A stretch of 64,000 nt of DNA from Methylococcaceae bacterium (GCA_030627205.1 DAOUSN010000004.1:1244-65243); one strand, 5' to 3'. Numbered from the stretch's first letter, positions 11,116 to 21,108 are shown. A program made the numbers and translations. Notes: generated by a model not told the origin, from the letters alone.

Positions 11116-12159
11116 GTGAGTAATAAGCATCCACAAAGCCTTAATTATAAAAATGCAGGCGTTGATATAGAAGCAGGAAATCAATTAGTCAATCGAATAA
11201 AACCCATTGCCGCAAAAACACGTATTCCAGGGGTTATGTCAGGAATTGGTGGTTTTGGTTCTTTATTTGAATTACCTTTAGAGCGTTATCAACAACCTAT
11301 TTTAGTATCAGCTACCGATGGAGTCGGGACTAAATTAAAATTAGCGGTTGAATTAAATTGTCACAATACTATTGGCATTGATTTAGTCGCTATGTGTGTT
11401 AACGATATTATTGTCCAAGGGGCGGAATCTTTATTTTTTCTGGATTATTTTGCGACAGGAAAATTAAATGTCGACATCGCCGCCGCAGTTATTGAGGGGA
11501 TAGGTAGAGGTTGTGAATTAGCAGGGGCAGCATTGGTCGGTGGAGAAACTGCTGAAATGCCTGGTATGTATGCAGATGGAGACTATGACCTAGCAGGTTT
11601 TAGCGTTGGAATTGTTGAAAAATCAAAAATTATTGATGGTAGTAAAGTTAAAGTGGGTGATAAATTAATTGGTATTGCTTCATCAGGCGCGCATTCTAAT
11701 GGTTATTCATTGATTCGTAAGGTTATTGAAACTAATAAAATTTCATTAGATGAAACCCTTGATGGCAGACGCTTAGGAGAGGTTTTATTAGAACCTACCC
11801 GTATTTATGTCAAGTCTTTACTTTCTTTATTAAAAGTGGTTGAAATTCACGCACTCGCACATATTACAGGAGGGGGAATTACTGAAAACTTACCGCGTGT
11901 TTTAGCATATAACCTAGATGCTAATATCATTCTTAATTCATGGTCGCAGCCAGAGGTGTTTGCATGGTTACAAAGTCAGGGTAATATTTCAGAGGCGAAC
12001 ATGTTAACTACTTTTAATTGTGGTATAGGAATGATTGTCTGTGTTGCTGTAGAAGATGAGTTACAAACCCTTAAGATCTTAGCAGAGCAAGGAGAAGCTG
12101 TTGTTTCTATTGGAGAAATTGTCAGTGGTAACGGCAAGGCTAAGGTCAATTATCTATAA
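11116..12159 (+). CDS. purM: Phosphoribosylformylglycinamidine cyclo-ligase (AIR synthetase)
   Basis: 347 aa. [12 protein letters not shown] and DGVGTKLK motifs. GTG start. Confidence 0.95.
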   Translation: MSNKHPQSLNYKNAGVDIEAGNQLVNRIKPIAAKTRIPGVMSGIGGFGSLFELPLERYQQPILVSATDGVGTKLKLAVELNCHNTIGIDLVAMCVNDIIVQGAESLFFLDYFATGKLNVDIAAAVIEGIGRGCELAGAALVGGETAEMPGMYADGDYDLAGFSVGIVEKSKIIDGSKVKVGDKLIGIASSGAHSNGYSLIRKVIETNKISLDETLDGRRLGEVLLEPTRIYVKSLLSLLKVVEIHALAHITGGGITENLPRVLAYNLDANIILNSWSQPEVFAWLQSQGNISEANMLTTFNCGIGMIVCVAVEDELQTLKILAEQGEAVVSIGEIVSGNGKAKVNYL

Positions 12160-12187
12160 TAATTTTTTAATCAATATTTTTTAATCA

Positions 12188-12958
12188 ATGCTTTTTAAGA
12201 GAATAAAAGTCTTACTCTTCTTATATTTACTTTTTAATAACCAAACGCTGCTTTCACAAACAGTACCCATTGTTGCTGCCGCCTCTAGCGTTCAATTTGC
12301 ACTTAAGGAAATTAGTCGACAATTCACTCAAGATTACAACTTAAAGGTTAAATTAAGTTTTAGTTCCTCAGGTAATTTAGTACAACAAATTCGTCACCAT
12401 AGTCCTTTTGAATTATTTATTTCTGCCGATGAACCCTATGTTTTTCAGTTACAGAGGGCAGGGTTAACCCAAGGTAAAAGTATTTGTTATGCACAAGGGC
12501 GATTAGTATTATTTACCCATAAAAACTCTAGTTTAAAAAGAGATCCACAGCTTAATGATCTTGCTTTAGCATTGAAAGATGGTCGATTAAAACGTTTTGC
12601 AATAGCTAATCCAGAACACGCCCCTTATGGTCGTGCTGCGAAAGAATTATTACAAAATCTAGGTTTATGGAAAAATATTCAAAAAAAATTGATTTTAGGT
12701 GAAAATATTTCGCAGGCAGCACAATTTAGTAACAGCAATGCGGTTCAAGGTGGAATCTTTGCCTATTCTATTGCATTACAAATGGGTATCGAACAACAGA
12801 ATGATTATCTATTATTACCTCAAGCCTTACATCAACCTTTATTAGCACGAATGGTCTTATTAAAATCAGCAGGCTCAACAGCAAAAGCTTTTTATCACTA
12901 TCTACAGCAACCTAAAGCTCTAGCTATTTTTGAAAAATACGGCTTTTTACAGCCATAA
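12188..12958 (+). CDS. modA: Molybdate ABC transporter substrate-binding protein
   Basis: 256 aa with a signal peptide. AAASSVQFAL, SSSGNLVQQI and LFISAD blocks are typical of ModA. Confidence 0.85.
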   Translation: MLFKRIKVLLFLYLLFNNQTLLSQTVPIVAAASSVQFALKEISRQFTQDYNLKVKLSFSSSGNLVQQIRHHSPFELFISADEPYVFQLQRAGLTQGKSICYAQGRLVLFTHKNSSLKRDPQLNDLALALKDGRLKRFAIANPEHAPYGRAAKELLQNLGLWKNIQKKLILGENISQAAQFSNSNAVQGGIFAYSIALQMGIEQQNDYLLLPQALHQPLLARMVLLKSAGSTAKAFYHYLQQPKALAIFEKYGFLQP

Positions 12959-12965
12959 TTTATTT

Positions 12966-13631
12966 ATGGATTGGGAAGCCTTATTACTCTCTGTTAAATT
13001 AAGTGCTATTACGGTATTATGTTTGCTACCTATAGGTATTTTTATGGGTCGCTATTTAGCCTATCGACAGTTTTATGGGAAAAGTTTATTACAAGCATTA
13101 TTAGCTATCCCCCTAATTTTACCCCCTACCGTATTAGGATATTATTTATTAGTATTTTTAGATGGCTCTTCTTTTATAGGTCATTTATTAGAAAAGTTAT
13201 TTGGACAAACTTTAGTTTTTAGTTTTGAAGGGCTAGTTTTTGCTTCTATTATTTTTAATCTTCCTTTTGCAATACAACCGATGCAGCGTGCTTTTGAATC
13301 TATTCCTCGAGAAATAAGAGAAGCAGGGGCTTGTTGTGGAATGTCACCTACTAAAGTATTATTCAAAATAGAATTACCACTTGCTTGGACGGGAATTGTT
13401 TCTGCGATGGTAATGACTTTTGCCCATACACTAGGTGAATTCGGGGTGGTGTTAATGATTGGAGGCAATATTCCTGCGGAAACGAAAACAATTGCCATTG
13501 CTATTTATGATCGGGTTCAAGCTTTTGATAATCAAGCGGCAGCAACGATGTCGGCTTTTTTATTAATTTTTTCAGTTATTGCTATTAGTTTTACCTATTT
13601 AATTACTGGTAACAATAAGCATTATGGTTAA
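12966..13631 (+). CDS. modB: Molybdate ABC transporter permease
   Basis: The track ORF starts at a TTG at 12930, inside modA. The ATG at 12966 (MDWEALLLSV...) gives a typical ~221-aa ModB. EAA-type loop REIREAGACCGMSPTKVLFKIELPLA. Confidence 0.85.
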   Translation: MDWEALLLSVKLSAITVLCLLPIGIFMGRYLAYRQFYGKSLLQALLAIPLILPPTVLGYYLLVFLDGSSFIGHLLEKLFGQTLVFSFEGLVFASIIFNLPFAIQPMQRAFESIPREIREAGACCGMSPTKVLFKIELPLAWTGIVSAMVMTFAHTLGEFGVVLMIGGNIPAETKTIAIAIYDRVQAFDNQAAATMSAFLLIFSVIAISFTYLITGNNKHYG

Positions 13632-13713
13632 GTGATAAGTGATAAATATCACCTAACCATTTCAAAGCGCGACAAAACACGCTCATCTGTCCTGAGCTAT
13701 AAATTAAGAAGGA

Positions 13714-14724
13714 TTACTGCATTGCAGCAATAATTGCCTCACCCATTTCAATTGTTCCAGTTTTAGAGTTTGGATTTAAATCAGGGGTAACAAATTGACC
13801 TTCATCAATAATTTTTTCAACTGCCCGTTGAATTTTTGTAGCGGCTACTGTTTCTCCTAAATGATTCAGCATCATTACTCCAGCCATAATCACAGCAGTT
13901 GGGTTGGCAATATTTTTTCCAGTAATATCAGGGGCGCTACCATGTACAGCTTCAAAAAGTGCGGCAGAATCACCAATATTTGCGCCAGGAATCAATCCTA
14001 AACCCCCTACAAGTCCTGCGGTTAAGTCAGATAAAATATCACCAAACATATTGGTGGTAACAATTACATCAAATTGCTCAGGGTTCATAACTAAGTGCAT
14101 ACAACTGGCATCAATAATTTTTTCATCAAATTCAATCTCAGGATAACGTGCGGCTACTTCTCTAGCAACATCTAAAAATAATCCAGAGGTATATTTAAGT
14201 ATATTTGCCTTATGGCAAACAGTCACCTTTTTCCGTCGGTTTTCTTTAGCATAATTAAACGCATATTCAACAATACGTTCTGAACCTTTACGAGTCACGA
14301 CGGCTAAACTTTCAGCAATATCCTTTTCTTTGGTTAAGTAATGCTCTAAACCTACATATAAACCCTCGGTATTTTCTCTAACAATCACAATATCAACATT
14401 ATCGTAACGCGTTTGCGCCCCTTTCCAAGTTTTAGCAGGACGAACATTAGCATATAAGTCATATCGTTGTCGTAAAGCGACATTAATACTTCTAAACCCT
14501 TTTCCAACTGGGGTAGTTAAAGGGCCTTTAAAAGCAATACGATTTTTTTCAATAGAGGCTAAGGTCTCATCTGGAAGTGCGGTGCCATATTTATTATAGG
14601 CATCCATTCCTGCCTCTGCCTCTTCCCAATTTATTTTGGTACTGGCGGCATTAATAATTTTTACAGCCACTTCCATTATAGATGGACCGATTCCGTCACC
14701 TTTAATCAACGTTACGTTGTACAT
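13714..14724 (-). CDS. NAD-dependent isocitrate dehydrogenase (isocitrate/isopropylmalate dehydrogenase family)
   Basis: 336 aa. GDGIGPSI and VRENTEGLY, closer to the IRENTEGEY motif of IDH than to the IPMDH motif. Substrate assignment is an inference. Confidence 0.78.
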   Translation of the reverse strand: MYNVTLIKGDGIGPSIMEVAVKIINAASTKINWEEAEAGMDAYNKYGTALPDETLASIEKNRIAFKGPLTTPVGKGFRSINVALRQRYDLYANVRPAKTWKGAQTRYDNVDIVIVRENTEGLYVGLEHYLTKEKDIAESLAVVTRKGSERIVEYAFNYAKENRRKKVTVCHKANILKYTSGLFLDVAREVAARYPEIEFDEKIIDASCMHLVMNPEQFDVIVTTNMFGDILSDLTAGLVGGLGLIPGANIGDSAALFEAVHGSAPDITGKNIANPTAVIMAGVMMLNHLGETVAATKIQRAVEKIIDEGQFVTPDLNPNSKTGTIEMGEAIIAAMQ

Positions 14725-14860
14725 TAGTTAACTCTATATAAATTTATAAAATTAATAATAATACACAGATTTACGGAGTTTTAAAAATCAAACTTGCTAA
14801 GTTTTGTTATAATCTTATTTTTTATTTAACTATTGCCCAAAAACCTTATCAGGAGAGACC

Positions 14861-15769
14861 ATGGAAAAGCCTTTTATTCTACACATGCTGACCACTGCTA
14901 AAAATTTAAGTCCCTTTGATGTTAATATGGCACTAGATGCTGGCTGGGTTTCGGCTGTCCCTTATACTAATGTCGAACCGAGTGAAATAGAAGGGTTAAT
15001 ACAGGATGTAATTTTTTCACGTGGACCTAAAGGTTTACAAAAAACAGGCATTTTCATTGGTGGTCGTGATGCTAAACAGGCAATGGATATGCTAAAGGCA
15101 GCTAAACATGCTATGTTACCGCCTTTTCAAGTTGCTGTATTTGCAGACCCTAGCGGAGCATTTACAACAGCGGCTGGCATGGTTGCTGCTACTGAAAAAG
15201 AACTTAGAGATAAATTTAACCTAAGCTTAGAAGGACTCAATATTTTAATATTAGGAGGAACAGGGCCTGTTGGACAAGCGGCAGCAGTTCTTGCTGCTCA
15301 AATAGGTGCAAATGTTAAATTAGTCGGTAGACAGCTAGAAAAATCTCAACGGATTGCTAAACTTTGTAGCGATGAGTTTGGTGATGGAAAAATTACAATT
15401 ACAGCAGGTATTAATGCCGATAAAGCTGAGTATATAAAAACAACCGATGTTATTTTTGCAACAGGAGCTGCTGGTATTGAATTACTCAGTTCAGATTTAA
15501 TTGCTTCTGCTTCACAATTAAAAGTTGCCGCTGATGTTAATGCTGTACCTCCTCTTGGTATTGCTGGCGTTAATAGCTTTGCTAATGGAGATCCTATTGC
15601 AAGTTCAAAAAGTAATGCGGTTGGTCTTGGTGCTATGTCCATTGGTAATATTAAATATCAAGCTCAAAATCGGTTATTGAAAAAAATGATTGAAAAAGAT
15701 TTACCTATCTTTTTACATTTTGAACATGCTTTTGAAGTTGCTCGTGAATATATTGATTCTTTAAACTAA
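14861..15769 (+). CDS. Methylene-tetrahydromethanopterin dehydrogenase, MtdB-like paralogue 1
   Basis: 302 aa. ILHMLT..SPFDVNMALDAG, IFSRGP, GIFIGGRD, VFADPSGAFTTAA, GGTGPVG, VNAVPPLGI and GNIKYQ blocks match my recollection of the Methylobacterium MtdB sequence. Confidence 0.78.
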   Translation: MEKPFILHMLTTAKNLSPFDVNMALDAGWVSAVPYTNVEPSEIEGLIQDVIFSRGPKGLQKTGIFIGGRDAKQAMDMLKAAKHAMLPPFQVAVFADPSGAFTTAAGMVAATEKELRDKFNLSLEGLNILILGGTGPVGQAAAVLAAQIGANVKLVGRQLEKSQRIAKLCSDEFGDGKITITAGINADKAEYIKTTDVIFATGAAGIELLSSDLIASASQLKVAADVNAVPPLGIAGVNSFANGDPIASSKSNAVGLGAMSIGNIKYQAQNRLLKKMIEKDLPIFLHFEHAFEVAREYIDSLN

Positions 15770-15789
15770 TATTTTTTATTTATAATATA

Positions 15790-16695
15790 ATGGAAAAAAT
15801 CGTAAAACGAAGCATTCTTCACATGCTTGACCCTATGCCTAATAATAGTCCATTTGATGTCAATATGGCTGTTGATGCTGGCTTTGATTTTTTAATGCCT
15901 TACTCTAATGTTAAACTGGATAATATTCATGGGCTAACCCAAGATGCTATTTTTTCACGGGGTCCTAGTGGTGTAAAAAGAACGGGGATTTTTATTGGTG
16001 GCAGGGATATGGCGTTAGCCATGGAGATGCTTAAAACCGCTAAAGAGGCAATGGTTCCGCCTTTTGAAATTTCAGTTTTTGCAGATCCTAGTGGTGCATT
16101 TACAACAGCTGCCGCTTTAGTTGCCTGTGTTGAGCGAGAACTTAAAGCTAAACATGGAAAAGAGTTAAAAGAATGTAAAGCGTTAGTTTTCGGCGGAACA
16201 GGTCCTGTTGGTATTGCAACAGGGGTTATTAGCTCTATTGTTGGTGCTGAAACAGTACTTGTAGACCATTTATCAGCGAGTAATGCAAATGATACGGCAA
16301 AAGAATATAACCGTTGGTTTAGTAGCGATTTACAAGGAGCTAAAGCAAGTAATAATCAAGAAAAAATTGAATTGATTTCTGATGTGGATATTATTTTTTG
16401 TACCGCTAAAGCTGGCATTCAAGTTTTAGATACCGAGGTGTTAAAACACGCACTAAAATTAAAAGTTGCTGGTGACGTTAATGCTGTTCCTCCTGTAGGT
16501 ATTGAAGGTATTCAGCGAGAAGATTTTGGTACTCCATTGTTAGCTGTTGACGGTGCTGTTGGTGTCGGTTCTTTAGCGGTAGGTAATATTAAATATCGTT
16601 TACAGCAAGTGTTATTAAAATCAATGCTGGCTACAAAAAAACCTCTTTATCTTGATTTTAGAGATGCTTTTGCACATGCAAGGAAAATCGTTTAA
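15790..16695 (+). CDS. mtdB: Methylene-tetrahydromethanopterin dehydrogenase, MtdB-like paralogue 2
   Basis: 301 aa. Same blocks as paralogue 1, plus the C-terminal LYLDFRDAF typical of MtdB. Confidence 0.82.
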   Translation: MEKIVKRSILHMLDPMPNNSPFDVNMAVDAGFDFLMPYSNVKLDNIHGLTQDAIFSRGPSGVKRTGIFIGGRDMALAMEMLKTAKEAMVPPFEISVFADPSGAFTTAAALVACVERELKAKHGKELKECKALVFGGTGPVGIATGVISSIVGAETVLVDHLSASNANDTAKEYNRWFSSDLQGAKASNNQEKIELISDVDIIFCTAKAGIQVLDTEVLKHALKLKVAGDVNAVPPVGIEGIQREDFGTPLLAVDGAVGVGSLAVGNIKYRLQQVLLKSMLATKKPLYLDFRDAFAHARKIV

Positions 16696-16713
16696 AGTAA
16701 AAGTTATTAATTT

Positions 16714-16751
16714 GAGCTATGTGAAATAATTAATCACTATACATAGCTTTT
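16714..16751 (+). terminator. Weak hairpin after mtdB (possible terminator)
   Basis: AGCTATGT (16715..16722) pairs with ACATAGCT (16741..16748) across an 18-nt loop. Only a short TTT follows. Confidence 0.3.
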
Positions 16752-16958
16752 AGTTAAAAATAACAAAGTGTTAGTTATAAAATTTGATAGCCAAACTATG
16801 AGCCTGTTGATGGTTTAATGATTGGTACGGGAATTGAAAATGAGGCACAGAACGTATTCAAATGAAATGCCAGGTCGTAATATTTATGCAACTTTAAGTT
16901 ATCATTGGTAGCAATATAAACTATGCGGAGTGATCTTTGCCCGTTAGATAATTAAGAT

Positions 16959-16991
16959 CTCGGAATCTTTAAAATTCCGAGGTCTTTTTTT
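16959..16991 (+). terminator. Intrinsic terminator (plus strand) with no annotated gene directly upstream
   Basis: CTCGGAAT-ctttaaa-ATTCCGAG, then GTC and T7 (16985..16991). The T-run is present only in the plus orientation. Confidence 0.6.
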
Positions 16992-16998
16992 ATAAACT

Positions 16999-17604
16999 TT
17001 AGTTAGGAATACTCATCCCAAGCTGAACTGCATCACGTTCTCCGACTTGCTTATACCAACGTTTAATATTAGGGTAAGCATCAAAAAAAGTTTCATTTTC
17101 TGTAATCGTTGGAAAGATAGCAATATCAGCAATACTATAACTATTTCCACCAATAAATTCATTGTTAGCCAATTGATTGTCAAAATGTTGATATAACTCA
17201 AAAATACGTTGATCTAAAAAACCAGCTGCATCTGGCTGTGCTGGTTCACAACGCTTTTTTAAGAAAAAACTATCGAACATTGATGGTGAAATATCAGTTG
17301 CATGAAAAAATAACCATTCTATTACTTTAGTTTTAGCCACTCTTTCTGTTGGTAAAAATAAGCCACTTTTTTCCGCTAAATAAATTAAAATTGCCGCTGA
17401 TTGAGTTACAATTAAACCGTTACTTTCATCATTATCAACAATTGTTGGAATACGACCAGAAGGGTTTATTCCTAAAAAATCAGCTTTTTTATGTTCCCCT
17501 GTCGCTAAATCAACCTTATGAACTTGATACCTAAGGCCTGTTTCTTCCAGCATGATAGAAATACGTTTACCATGAAATGTACCAAAAGTATAAAAATCAA
17601 TCAT
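16999..17604 (-). CDS. Glutathione S-transferase family protein
   Basis: GST N-terminal thioredoxin-like fold (GRIPTIVD cis-Pro region) plus a helical C-terminal domain. I prefer the start at ATG 17604 (MIDFYTF...), preceded by GGAG at 17611..17614, over the track start at 17640. Confidence 0.85.
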   Translation of the reverse strand: MIDFYTFGTFHGKRISIMLEETGLRYQVHKVDLATGEHKKADFLGINPSGRIPTIVDNDESNGLIVTQSAAILIYLAEKSGLFLPTERVAKTKVIEWLFFHATDISPSMFDSFFLKKRCEPAQPDAAGFLDQRIFELYQHFDNQLANNEFIGGNSYSIADIAIFPTITENETFFDAYPNIKRWYKQVGERDAVQLGMSIPN

Positions 17605-17710
17605 TATTTTCTCCGAAGAATAGTTGTTATCACAAACCATTTAGTCTGCTAATGAAAACAATAGCATAAACTCATGGTATTGTCTTATATTGTCTTTTTT
17701 ATTAAATAAA

Positions 17711-20002
17711 TTAAAGAACATCAATAGTAATACTCGCTGTTTTTCCAGCATCGTCACTCACTGCAATTTGATAACGCCCTCGATTTTTAAACTGATATTT
17801 TAAACGTTTATGTGGATGAACTTTATAAATTAACTTCCCGTTAATAAACCAATAAACCAATCCTTGCGCGCCACTGCTTTCTAAATTTATGGTAGGTAAA
17901 TTCCTAGCCGCTCCTGCAGAACGTAATTTAGTTAAATGCTCCAATCCTTGTATTTTAATACTACCTTGTTGAAATTGAGGAGGATGCTTACAACTTTCAT
18001 CATAGATTCCAATTTGTTGGCGACGTTGCTGACTAGTTGGAATCCAAGGTTCAACTGCAAGTGGCCACAATGCGATTAATTTATGGGCTGTCTCTGACGC
18101 TGAGCAAGAAGTATCAACTAAACGCCCTGTTTGTGAATTGACTAATAAATTAATGGGGTTAGAATTCCAGATCGTGCTATTAGTTTCAGGTAAAGTTTTT
18201 GGAACAGTCTTATTTAATAACCATGCTTCTTTTTTTTCATGACACAAAACAGGTTGGGTCATGGATAATAAACCACCAAGTGGCCAGCAAATAAAGTCTT
18301 GAGTGACCGTTTTAGGTTGTTTAGGAAATGAGGAATAGCCTTGTTTAGATGATAAACGTTCTACAATTTCAAATAATAATGGTGATGCTGTTCTAGCACC
18401 ATAATGTCCGGGGGTAGAAGTGCCATCAGGTCGTCCTAACCACACTCCAATTGTATAATTACCAGTAACACCGATACTCCAAAAATCTCGATGACCATAA
18501 CTTGTACCTGTTTTCCAAGCTAAATTATTACTAGGTGAATATTTATCTTGTAGCATTTTCCGCACAATCCATGCTGCTCCTTTAGAAAATAAATAACGTG
18601 ATTGTTTGGCTTGCTGTTTAAAAAAACGCAATTTACCTGTCTGCCCTTCATTCGCTAAAGCGGTATAGGTTGCAACTAATGATTCTAACGTTGTTCCAAC
18701 CCCACCTAAAATAACCGATAAATTCGCTTTTGCATTAAAATCAAATTGTAAGGTTAATCCTGAATTTTTAAGTTGGCTAACAAATTTTTCCGCTCCTAGA
18801 TGATATAAAACTTGAATAGCTGGAACATTTAACGAACGTTTTAACGCATTACTCACGCTAATAGGTCCTATGAACCCTCGACTAAAATTACGCGGTCGAT
18901 AGCCGTCTAAAATAATGGGTGCATCCGTTAACAATGATTGCGAATGAATAAGCCCTTCATCTAAAGCGAGTCCATATAAAAAAGGTTTTAAGGTTGAGCC
19001 TGGAGAGCGAATAGCTTTAATCATATCAACATGACCAAAACGTTGATTATCTTTAAAATCTGCTGAACCAATATAAGTTTTTACTTCTAAACTATCATTT
19101 TCAACAACTAATATTGCTGCCGAAGTTTTAGCTGGTAAACGTCTAATATAGTCGCTAAGTAAATCTTCTAATCCCCGCTGCATGGAATAATTTAAAGTAG
19201 TAACTAGCGGCACATTAAACTTAGAAAATTTTCTGAAACGTCGGGAAAATAAAGGAGCAATAACAGGGGCTATATTACGTTGTGCATAAACTATTTCTAA
19301 GAATGCTGCTTCAATTTTTTCTGTAGACCAGACCTTATAAGATTGTAAGCGTTTAATAACTTTATCACGAGCAACACGGGCTTTTTCAGGGTGTCTATCG
19401 GGTCTATTACGGCTAGGAGCTTGGGGTAAAACCGCTAATAATGCTGCCTCTGCATAACTTAATTCTAACGCAGGTTTTCCTAAATAAACATAACTTGCAG
19501 CCTGCACTCCTTCTAATGTTCCTCCAAAAGGGGCGTTATTTAAATAATATTCCAAAATTTCAGTTTTACTATAATACCATTCCAACTGTAACGCTCTTAA
19601 AATTTGTATAAATTTCCCGACAACTGTTCTTTGTTGAGGAATAACTAATCGTGCTACTTGCATAGTAAGTGTTGACCCCCCTGAAATAATTTTTTTATGA
19701 TGAATATATTGAAATGTAGCACGTACTAATGCAAATGGATTAACCCCAAAATGTTGCCAAAACCAGCGGTCTTCATAGTTTAATAAAGCCTCAATATAAA
19801 GCGGTGAAACTTGTTTTATGGTAATTGGATACCTCCAAATCCCATTTTTATCAGCAAAAGCACGTAAAGGTGTTCCATCTTCGGCAACAATAATTTGCGC
19901 GTAATGTTGTGAAGATGATTTTAAACTAATAGGGAATAATTTATCGAATAACCAAATTGACAATAAAATAAACAGACTAGCAAGAGTTATTTTTTTAAGC
20001 AT
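17711..20002 (-). CDS. pbpC: Penicillin-binding protein 1C (bifunctional glycosyltransferase/transpeptidase)
   Basis: 763 aa. GT51 motif EDRWFWQHFGVNP, SxxK (SPGSTLKP), KTGTS, and a C-terminal PBP1C-type domain. Confidence 0.9.
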   Translation of the reverse strand: MLKKITLASLFILLSIWLFDKLFPISLKSSSQHYAQIIVAEDGTPLRAFADKNGIWRYPITIKQVSPLYIEALLNYEDRWFWQHFGVNPFALVRATFQYIHHKKIISGGSTLTMQVARLVIPQQRTVVGKFIQILRALQLEWYYSKTEILEYYLNNAPFGGTLEGVQAASYVYLGKPALELSYAEAALLAVLPQAPSRNRPDRHPEKARVARDKVIKRLQSYKVWSTEKIEAAFLEIVYAQRNIAPVIAPLFSRRFRKFSKFNVPLVTTLNYSMQRGLEDLLSDYIRRLPAKTSAAILVVENDSLEVKTYIGSADFKDNQRFGHVDMIKAIRSPGSTLKPFLYGLALDEGLIHSQSLLTDAPIILDGYRPRNFSRGFIGPISVSNALKRSLNVPAIQVLYHLGAEKFVSQLKNSGLTLQFDFNAKANLSVILGGVGTTLESLVATYTALANEGQTGKLRFFKQQAKQSRYLFSKGAAWIVRKMLQDKYSPSNNLAWKTGTSYGHRDFWSIGVTGNYTIGVWLGRPDGTSTPGHYGARTASPLLFEIVERLSSKQGYSSFPKQPKTVTQDFICWPLGGLLSMTQPVLCHEKKEAWLLNKTVPKTLPETNSTIWNSNPINLLVNSQTGRLVDTSCSASETAHKLIALWPLAVEPWIPTSQQRRQQIGIYDESCKHPPQFQQGSIKIQGLEHLTKLRSAGAARNLPTINLESSGAQGLVYWFINGKLIYKVHPHKRLKYQFKNRGRYQIAVSDDAGKTASITIDVL

Positions 20003-20202
20003 ATCTTCAAACCACGCATGGATTTCATATAAAAAATTTCTTGACAGATGATATAATAAAGAAAATTTTAATAAGAATAATAATCAAATCAAAACTCTTT
20101 TTAGAGGTATTAAAACAATAGTAAAGAACATCTGTTAATTTAACAGATTAATTTGTTATATTACACATTCTGACATTCTTAAACCATTAAAGAAAAATAA
20201 CT

Positions 20203-21036
20203 ATGAATTTACAAAAATATTTAATTCTTCTACTTTGCTCTTTAGTCTTAACTCAGGGTGTTAATGCCACTGAAGATCAAAGCGTATGGAATAACACACT
20301 TAAAAAAAGCTATTTTGCAAACAAAATTATTATAGAATCCAATTCAATTATTGAATTAGAAACTCCTTATCGTGCGGAAGACCCAGCTTTAGTACCAATA
20401 AAAATTATTAGTAAAATTAAACAAACTACTGATAACTATATTAAAAAAATGACCGTTTTTGTGGATAAAAACCCTTATCCTTTTGTTGGTGAATTTGAAT
20501 TCACCCCTGAGACAGGTAAAGCTGATTTAGCGATGCGTATTAGAGTCAATACTTATAGCTATATTCGTGTTATTGCTGAAACTAATAAAGGCATATTTTA
20601 TATGGCTAAGAAATTTGTTAAGGCAAGTGGAGGTTGTTCTGCTCCCATTGGTGCAGATTTAGATGCTGCAATGAAGCGGTTAGGAAAAATGAAATTTAAA
20701 GTTGATAAAAATCTAAAAACAGGTAAACCATCATTAGTTCAATTACTAATTAGCCACCCTAATATTACTGGAATGCAAATGGATCAAGTAACACGGTTTA
20801 TTAAAAAGTCTCATTTTATGAGAAAATTATTAATTACTTTTAATGATAAACCTGTATTGACAGCAACAACCGATATTGCAATCAGTGCTGATCCCAATTT
20901 TCGTTTTTACTTTATTCCTCAAAAATCAGGAATTTTAACAGCGGAATTTAGTGATACTTCTTGTGAAAGTGCAACAAGTCGTAAAGTTTGTAGCAAAGGA
21001 AAAAGTTATACTCATTCGTATACTGTTGAGCCTTAA
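20203..21036 (+). CDS. Secreted SoxY-SoxZ fusion (SoxYZ-like sulfur-carrier protein)
   Basis: 277 aa with a signal peptide. SoxY-like half ends in VKASGGCSAP (carrier Cys). SoxZ-like half has LISHPNITGMQMD. The architecture resembles the family described as quinoprotein-dehydrogenase-associated SoxYZ-like carrier. Confidence 0.72.
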   Translation: MNLQKYLILLLCSLVLTQGVNATEDQSVWNNTLKKSYFANKIIIESNSIIELETPYRAEDPALVPIKIISKIKQTTDNYIKKMTVFVDKNPYPFVGEFEFTPETGKADLAMRIRVNTYSYIRVIAETNKGIFYMAKKFVKASGGCSAPIGADLDAAMKRLGKMKFKVDKNLKTGKPSLVQLLISHPNITGMQMDQVTRFIKKSHFMRKLLITFNDKPVLTATTDIAISADPNFRFYFIPQKSGILTAEFSDTSCESATSRKVCSKGKSYTHSYTVEP

Positions 21037-21108
21037 AATTTAAAATAATCTCCTCTTATGAACTTTACGAGCGCAAGAGGAGTTTCATTACTATGGAAAA
21101 TAGATCAT

